Origin: Oopsacas minuta
Taxonomy: Eukaryota > Animalia > Porifera
Length of the DNA stretch: 64,000 nt
Reading direction: 5' to 3'
Assembly: GCA_024704765.1 (NCBI GenBank)
Contig: JAKMXF010000308.1
Coordinates: 62,001 to 126,000 of the forward strand
Shown: positions 56,821 to 64,000 of the stretch, piece after piece
Position numbering within the stretch: position 1 is the stretch's first letter
Layout: the number at the start of each line of letters is the position of its first letter
Notes under the pieces: generated by a model
Databases searched by the model: none
What the model was told of the DNA's origin: nothing
What the model saw: only the letters and a program-made list of their open reading frames with translations
Made by a program: the position numbers and the translations under genes

Positions 56821-58815
56821 AATCAAAACATCAACGTTTAAGAAAATGTTAATTTCAGGACCTAATACGAATAAAGTGTAACTTCTACAGAAGCATATTT
56901 GAATGTAATACACATAAGGTACGTATACGAATATGGTAAAGATACTCATAGTGAAAAGTATATAGATATATCGCCATATCACAATAGGCAATTGTGAAAT
57001 TATGAACACGTGCAAGCAGTTAATTATACTATTAATTATGTGATATACTGCCGTCCAGTGACTAAAATGTAACACTTTTGAAGTTCTTTTTATTCAGGAG
57101 CAAGTTAAAGAATCACATTAATTATGTCGAAAGTTTATTGTTTATTTTTACCATCCGTTTTTCTTACTATATTTTCTTGACTTCTGTATCTCTTAGGTTA
57201 TTAGTTGAATATAAAAAATTGTAGGAAATTCTTTTCTGATAAAGCCTTTCAATTGATTATACAAGAGCGTAGGAACACGTCCGGCCAAATTTCATAGGAT
57301 TATTACATTAGCGTACCGAGACATTCGGGTACAGTGGATGTGTTTAGTTTGTGTACAGCTAATATCCCTGATCAAACTGACTTAGGCCGGATTCTAATCC
57401 ATTATTATGTCATGAAAATTATAATAACAATTATAAAGACTGGCACAATAATTGAGACAAGAAATAGAATACAACAATATTTACATCTGTATTATGTCAG
57501 TAACATTTTCTGCCATGTACTTAAATGTCTCCCTCCGTTATTTGACTAGAAACAAATAACTTAGTCAAACCCTAGAATCGAATCTGCTCGTGTTAATGCC
57601 TAATTACTGGTCATTATATTGGATACTGTGTTGAGACGGAGAGTGTATAGGCTGTACACTCAAACCTGGAGTTCAGGAAGAATGCTTAGCGTTAGTATTC
57701 CAATACAAATCCATAAGAGCATAACACATCTGGAGCAGTAGTATGTGTTTTCTTAAAAACTGAGTCAATCGGATACGATTGGCATCAATGTAAACCTTGT
57801 TATACATAATACAGTCAGGGTCCTATATCAAGGGTAGCGGTAGGTGTAAATTAGAAGTCAGGCCATTGACTTGATCTATCATAAAGTCGTCAGGCCCGGC
57901 CATACGGTTGAATAGACCAGGACAAAAAGTGGGCAGACCATGGTCTGACTAGCCTGACTAGCCTGACAGTTTGCGTAGCCTTTGCATATGACGAACATTC
58001 TCTTATAATGAACCAGTCGCCCAAAAACAATAATTCACATAGGGGTTGTATTACATTAAGTTCCCTGTTCCCTTAAGGTAACCCCCATCTCCTGCTCCCC
58101 TTATAGAGGTTCGTTTCTATGGAAATGAACTAAAGTCGACCAAAATTGCCACGCATTGAGGTTGCAGTCATTGCACTGTAGTTTATATTCTGTTAATATA
58201 TTAATCAACTTGCTTTAGTTGTGGAATTATGGTGCATTAAATGAATTCGAAAATACATGCATATTATATTGATGTAATTTCTAAGTCAAGTACACTTAAT
58301 TCATGCCCCAAATATGCAAAAGGGAGAATATGAACACTTCGTTACGATACTTAGCTAAACATACAATTCGCTCCAAGAACACATCGCTACATAGACACTT
58401 CACATGAATTAGGGATTTTAAGAGAAAACTTCATGTCCATGAATGCACACCAACCAGCAGGTTTGCCGTTGGTATGGGAATTCCAATTCTATCAATATAT
58501 GGATGGGAATGGAAAATGATTTCGTCACAAATTGTTTGCATTAACATTTTACTTGCGGTTATCGCTTATCTTTTCGCATTTTGTAATTTTACCTATAGGA
58601 AAAACTACGTCTTAGTTATTTTGCAACAATATTTTGGCTCGGTCATGAAATAATAAATATTAAGTCTTCAACAAATATATTTGTCCTCAGAAACCTTGCT
58701 AAATATGTCCGGTTCGGTTGGGAACAACAGCATTACTGTAAGGATAGATTAGTAATAAATAGAATATAACCAAGCAACATTAGTCAGGCAGCTTAAGCGC
58801 ATATTCGGAAAACTG

Positions 58816-59206
58816 TGAACATCACGAATAAATGCACTAAACTATTTCTATATGTTACCCATGACCATAGATCCTGATTCTGATAGGACCACTTCCGGCG
58901 GATACACTTTCGATCCCTTCTAGCCTTTTAGATAGCGGCTGGCAGCTATTTCGCAGATACATCCCCTAAGCAAAATTTCCAGCAATTTGATGCTGAGTAC
59001 GAATCTGGTGTTTATAAGTTGATTCGATTCTATTTGAAGAGGTTATCGCTTGGGGGATGTATCGGGGAAATAGCTGTGCCAGCCGCTATCTAAAAATGCC
59101 AGAAGGGATGGAAAATGTATCCGCTGGAAGTGGTCCTATCAGAATCAGGATCTATGGTCATGGGTAACATATAGAAATAGTTTGGTGCATTTATCCGTGA
59201 TGTTCA
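58816..59206. repeat. Foldback/MITE-like inverted repeat, arms of about 155 bp and spacer of about 77 bp
   Basis: 58816-58970 is an imperfect reverse complement of 59048-59206, with a perfect core CTATTTCTATATGTTACCCATGACCATAGATCCTGATTCTGATAGGACCACTTCC. Confidence 0.88.
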
Positions 59207-59310
59207 TATAAAGTTGCTAAGCTTCCCAACTACATGGTCAGATGTGAAACAAAATAAAATCAACATTGATTAATTTGTGTGGTTAGATTTGTGAATAAAA
59301 TTATATAATA

Positions 59311-61086
59311 TTACAACTTGGCTGGGACAGGCCGACTTTCAACAAGCTTTTTTACATCTCTGAGAGATTGGATTGTAACTTGACATAACTTAACTGCACT
59401 AACAGTATAAGAACAGGTTGTATACGAAGTGAATGAGAAGTTGATATAAGCTCCATGAGGATTATAACAAACTCCATATCCATCTTCTACAACAGGACCA
59501 AACCCCATGTAACTCACAAACGGGTTAGGAATCTGACTGGTAGATATACGGTAGTTAGTACTCAGGGAGAAAGGAAGATCAGAGAAAAACTCTGGATTTA
59601 ACTTTTCCTGATTAGCGATTAACTTCAGACCTAGAAGATGTCTGTCTATGCCTTGACCGCTAGAAGCTTGTCGAGAGTTTTGATCATGTTTCTGAATATG
59701 TTCACTCAACAAACGTAATTTAACATCAATGCTTGTAGTTGAGAGCATAGCTTTAACTAATTCGGTAGATTCTGTCGAAGTAGAACGCAGTGTATCTGTA
59801 CGACCATCATAGAACTTTCTTGTAGACACACTCTCGTAGCAAGCTGTTGGGTGTCTGTGTAGTTTGTAGAATGTTAGTTGAATAGCTAACTGAATTAAAC
59901 TGTCAGGGCTGATTTTGTAGCTTTTGAAGAAGTTTTTCCCGAATTCTGTGAATTTGAGGAGTTTTAAATCAATCTTTTCTGATAGTTGTTTCAGATCAGA
60001 TTTAGCCTTTCGAATATGGTCGTGAAGGAGATGAGAAATTTCCCATTCGAGATGTTCTATTTTTGGCAATCCCTTTGGGTCAACTGATAAATCAGGTACC
60101 TTCCCAGTAATCCCACTATAATATCCTCTATTAGCTAACATAATTACAGGAGGACCATCTACTAGAGAATGTTCTAAAATAAATTCAGTGTAGCCATCAG
60201 ACGAAACTACAGTTTGTACTCCAACGTCAAACCAGCGATTAAAAGATCTGAAATCATTACTGATAATTCCAATCATACTATTCTTGAGAGCAGATTCCAT
60301 ACTCCCAGATGCTTCATCGTCTAAACCGATAAGAAACAAGCAACTCTCTATTACTTCTAATGTATTAGTATTGATTAAAGATTTCTTCAACTCTACTCTA
60401 GCTTCGTACCAACTATCTCTGTCTAGTGACGTCAGTACGCCGATAGGTTCAGATTTTGGCAGATATGAATCTGTAATAACAGTGAGCAAGTGTTTAATTT
60501 CATGTGAACCCAATACATACCTATGTCCATTACGGTATCCAAAGACAGGAAATTTAAAGAAATGGCCTTTGCACATTACAATAATGTGCTCGCTGTTCGG
60601 AGAGTACCTCTGTGAATCAACTACTTTCCCAGGGATACGATGTCCACCAGGAATACACTTGTACTGACGCATACAGAGAGGAGTATCCCCCATCTTGTCT
60701 GGAGATAGTTCATCTTTTCGAATGCTTTCAAAGAAATTGACATATGCTACAATTAACAAAGATACGTGATCAAGCATTTGGAATTTAGATTCAAACTCCA
60801 CCTTCTCACTAATAGCAACTGGAGATATGTATACTGGTACAGGCATTCTGAAAGCAAGATAAGCTACTTCTTTCCACCATTGAAGGAGCCAGTTATCTGT
60901 ATTGGCAGCTCTTTTCAATAACTGAGACTGCAAATAAGGGCCTTCTGTGATGAGAAACTTATTAGTTATACGGACTGTATTATTATATTGATCAGAGGAA
61001 ATCAGGGGCCGAATTGATTGGAGATATTTGTTAAGAGTTTGCTTTAGATCTGGAACAGGGAGTTTGGGAAAGCTGGAGTTCAACAT
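59311..61086 (-). CDS. CRAT: Carnitine O-acetyltransferase (choline/carnitine acyltransferase family), peroxisomal
   Basis: PKLPVPDLKQTL, the catalytic EHSLVDG, YESVSTRKFYDGRTD, the STSQ carnitine-binding motif, GFGPVVEDGYGVCY, and C-terminal AKL (PTS1). Confidence 0.9.
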   Translation of the reverse strand: MLNSSFPKLPVPDLKQTLNKYLQSIRPLISSDQYNNTVRITNKFLITEGPYLQSQLLKRAANTDNWLLQWWKEVAYLAFRMPVPVYISPVAISEKVEFESKFQMLDHVSLLIVAYVNFFESIRKDELSPDKMGDTPLCMRQYKCIPGGHRIPGKVVDSQRYSPNSEHIIVMCKGHFFKFPVFGYRNGHRYVLGSHEIKHLLTVITDSYLPKSEPIGVLTSLDRDSWYEARVELKKSLINTNTLEVIESCLFLIGLDDEASGSMESALKNSMIGIISNDFRSFNRWFDVGVQTVVSSDGYTEFILEHSLVDGPPVIMLANRGYYSGITGKVPDLSVDPKGLPKIEHLEWEISHLLHDHIRKAKSDLKQLSEKIDLKLLKFTEFGKNFFKSYKISPDSLIQLAIQLTFYKLHRHPTACYESVSTRKFYDGRTDTLRSTSTESTELVKAMLSTTSIDVKLRLLSEHIQKHDQNSRQASSGQGIDRHLLGLKLIANQEKLNPEFFSDLPFSLSTNYRISTSQIPNPFVSYMGFGPVVEDGYGVCYNPHGAYINFSFTSYTTCSYTVSAVKLCQVTIQSLRDVKKLVESRPVPAKL

Positions 61087-61153
61087 ACCTTACACAACAG
61101 CTATTCAAAAATATAATTAGGAGAGCTAATTACATTGATAGTGCCCTTCACAC

Positions 61154-61440
61154 CAGGCTTGGACCGGGTCATGATTTCCTAACCCGGTAAGCTCTGACCC
61201 GGTGACCCGGATTTTCAAAACATTAATTTTCTATATTCATGCGATTTGATAATGATTAGTTTAGTAAAAATATTAATGATTCATGAAAATGAAACTTCTA
61301 ACTAATATTGACTGAATCTTTATGATTTTACAAACCGATATAATTTAATTATCTATAAGGATATAAACCGGATCAAGTCAAAATCAGTGACCCGGTTCAG
61401 ACCCGAAATTTATTGAAAATAGTGACCAGGTCCAAGCCTG
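61154..61440. mobile_element. hAT-type MITE
   Basis: TIR CAGGCTTGGACC / GGTCCAAGCCTG, perfect 8-bp TSD CTTCACAC, and ACCCGG subterminal repeats. Confidence 0.93.
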
Positions 61441-61971
61441 CTTCACACTTGCGAAGTCATTTATTGGTTCAATGTCACATTTGAAATATGCTTATACAAC
61501 AAAATTATAAACCTTCCCTCTCTCCGACTCATTATTACGTTATAGATGTATCAATCTTACGTATAATTCAACTCATGGTAAAAGGATGGACAATTGATAT
61601 CAACAGTATAATATTACAATTTAAATCAATGAATTTAGACTAGCTATAGCTACGAGTATAGCACATGCAGGATTACATTTAGAACTAAATATAGTACTGC
61701 ACATCTTCGCTTCCATCACCCCTAACATTGATTTTAGTACTACTAGACCCTAAGCCTAGAGAACTGCCGCGAACGTTAAGACAATAGTTTAATGAGAATA
61801 GAGGTTAGATTCCTTTATTTAAAGTGAATTAATTAACACACAAGTTGTACTAGTAAAATACTACAATCAATATCAATAATGAACACTAATTAGACCACTA
61901 GTTGGAAACTTGTTTCAGCTCTACCGTTCGCATCAAGTTTACCTGCCGTATGAATATTGTCATTATTGAAA

Positions 61972-62301
61972 CAGTGACGTGGCCAGGGTGGGTCAAGGGG
62001 GTCATTTGACCGCCCAAAATTTAGGATTGGTGTCATAAGCGCCAAGTGTGGGTACATCGGAGGGGAGGGTGCTAGTGTCAGGAGAGCTCATCTCAATTTT
62101 TTTGGCGAATAATTAATATAATTTGAGTATATTTCTTAGAAATTGGATATGAAAGTCATCTTATTTTCTAAAATTTCTGATATTGGGCCTGTAACTAGGT
62201 GACAGATTAGCTCAGGATGGCTCTAAGAGTGTGGAAAATCGCATCGACCAAACCTCTTTCAGTCGCTCACCCCCCAAAGCAAAAATCTTGAAAAGCCACT
62301 G
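61972..62301. mobile_element. hAT-type MITE
   Basis: Termini CAGTGAC / GCCACTG with 8-bp TSD TATTGAAA/TATTGGAA. Confidence 0.7.
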
Positions 62302-62405
62302 TATTGGAATTTTTGTAATTCCGGAAACCCCAAAGGCTGCTTGTAATTAATACTTACTATATCATACCTCAATACTGCTCAATATTATAAACACAAAAAT
62401 TCAAT

Positions 62406-62885
62406 TTAATCCTTTGAATCACCTCTATACATCCTACCATATGGTCTAGATCCCGGCATATTTCCTCTCTCGTGTGGACCGGGCATAGACATTGTTCCCC
62501 CTGTAAATTGGGGAGGACCCGGGTCTCCTTGAAATGCAGGTCCATTCGGGCCCATTGGTCCACCGGAACCAGGCGGTAACATTCCACCGGGAGGACCGAC
62601 TGGACCACCCATCATGACCGGTGGAGGGACCATTGACATCTGCCCGGGAGGCATGCCCATCCCTCTAACTGGTACTCCGCCTCCCATAAAGAAAGGAGGC
62701 ATGGCATTCCCCATCTGAGCCTTGTAAGTCTGATCGATAAAGCTCTGAGCTTGTTCCTCGATCCATTTGGTGTAGTAGAGTCTCACTGCTTCCTTGTGCT
62801 TCCTACCTCCGTTGTGGGTTTTACGAACTGAGGGGCTGTCATGAGTAAGATAAGTATCACAATAATCACAGTAGTATTTAGGCAT
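62406..62885 (-). CDS. SNRPC: U1 small nuclear ribonucleoprotein C
   Basis: [38 protein letters not shown] (U1-C zinc finger) followed by a Pro/Gly/Met-rich tail. Confidence 0.97.
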   Translation of the reverse strand: MPKYYCDYCDTYLTHDSPSVRKTHNGGRKHKEAVRLYYTKWIEEQAQSFIDQTYKAQMGNAMPPFFMGGGVPVRGMGMPPGQMSMVPPPVMMGGPVGPPGGMLPPGSGGPMGPNGPAFQGDPGPPQFTGGTMSMPGPHERGNMPGSRPYGRMYRGDSKD

Positions 62886-63439
62886 TAGCTATAAATAAGA
62901 GGATGATATAGAAATGAGATCACGAGAGAAAGTTGTGAATAAGGAGCGTAACTAGCAACTTGCTTAACTAATTAATCAGGACATAAATATTTAGATGATT
63001 TTGCAAAACAAATCAATAATTTTTTATTGATCTTTCAGGAATGCTGCAGTGAGTGAGTCATATTACCAACATAATGTCTATGCATATCAACACTATTATT
63101 TTGTCAGAACACCAACACAAGTTGGCAGATGATCTGTCACAAAAATTTTGGTCACCCTGAAAAAATGGTCCGAAGGATCACAATTCAATGAAAATTGGTC
63201 ATACCTGAATAAAGTAAACAAATAGCCTCTACATATATCAAAGTATATGTAGAGGCCTGCTCTTAACGACTACAAGTAATAAAATACACTGAATCCGAAA
63301 TTTGCATTAAAGTATCAAATATGTAAATTAATTGTTGTATTTATGAATATAAAGTAAACAAATTGTTGGGTTATTATTAAATAATATTTCAATCCCGCAA
63401 TTATATACTTTGCTAAATTCAAGGCACTAAGTGCTGAGT

Positions 63440-63790
63440 AGCATGCGGACACTGTGTTGGCGAGCGAAATGGCTCATAATAATTAACATCAATTTTATGG
63501 AAGAACTATTGGAGAGTCAAGATCTGATACAAGAGGTGTTCAGTATCTAAAAATCTTGAAAATCTTGAAAATAAACTAATAAGGGAAAAATTCACTTCAA
63601 CAACAATACTAAGCACTAAAACACCCAATCAAACATTCGGGATGTAATCTGCATCTGGACAACATCTCTTTGAGGCTTGGAAACTAATCTGAGAAAATCC
63701 CTGAGCTACAATCCAAATGGTGACCAAAATACATCAAAATCTTCAGTTACGCGTTTTACTAAAGAGAAGAAACTGGACATAGCCAAATTG
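63440..63790 (+). mobile_element. Possible hAT transposase fragment
   Basis: Broken frame with SDTRGVQYLK and PIKHSGCNLHLDNISLR, resembling the hAT GV...C..H.LNL region. Confidence 0.3.
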
Positions 63791-64000
63791 GAAAAATCTA
63801 GACAATGGTCACCCTAGCAAAAATGGTCCTAGGGTAGGATCAAATTTTCACAAAAATTTGGGCCGAGGGTGGGCAAAATTGTATAGAAAAATGGTCTCAA
63901 TTATCAACAATAAAATTCAATTATTGGTATTCTGCAGAAATATAGGCTGTCAAGTCACCAATTGCAGAGCTCTCTTTCTGGAAACTATCAAAATCGTGAG

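Noticed and set aside
56644-57075. 143-aa minus-strand ORF (also 9231-9458, 35635-35949 as a stand-alone gene, 53500-53709)
   Set aside because: These overlap MITE or transposon remnants, have low-complexity AT-driven composition, and mostly use non-ATG starts.

Overview
AT-rich eukaryotic genomic DNA. It is metazoan-like, with compact genes that are almost all single-ORF. Expanded NHL-repeat, TRAF and diverged bZIP families suggest a sponge, possibly a glass sponge, but that is inference only. Recognisable conserved genes: FAM161-like, peroxisomal NUDT7-like Nudix hydrolase, kappaB-Ras (NKIRAS), PHF20-like, a MATE/SLC47 transporter, carnitine acetyltransferase and U1-C (SNRPC). Accessory content: a single-ORF fusion of an ADF-H actin-binding domain to a prenylatable Rab GTPase (top finding); a Rab lacking the catalytic Gln; three diverged Maf/CNC-type bZIP genes, one with a degenerate DNA-contact motif; and eight NHL beta-propeller loci in 23 kb undergoing birth and death, including a head-to-head inverted duplication. 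Also present: a TRAF pseudogene, a 1.1 kb foldback element with a 7-bp target-site duplication (TSD), many hAT and Tc1/mariner miniature elements with visible TSDs, a 15-bp minisatellite, and a GC-rich, highly pairable island upstream of PHF20. No rRNA, tRNA or CRISPR array was seen. All assignments come from manual motif reading; no database search was run.
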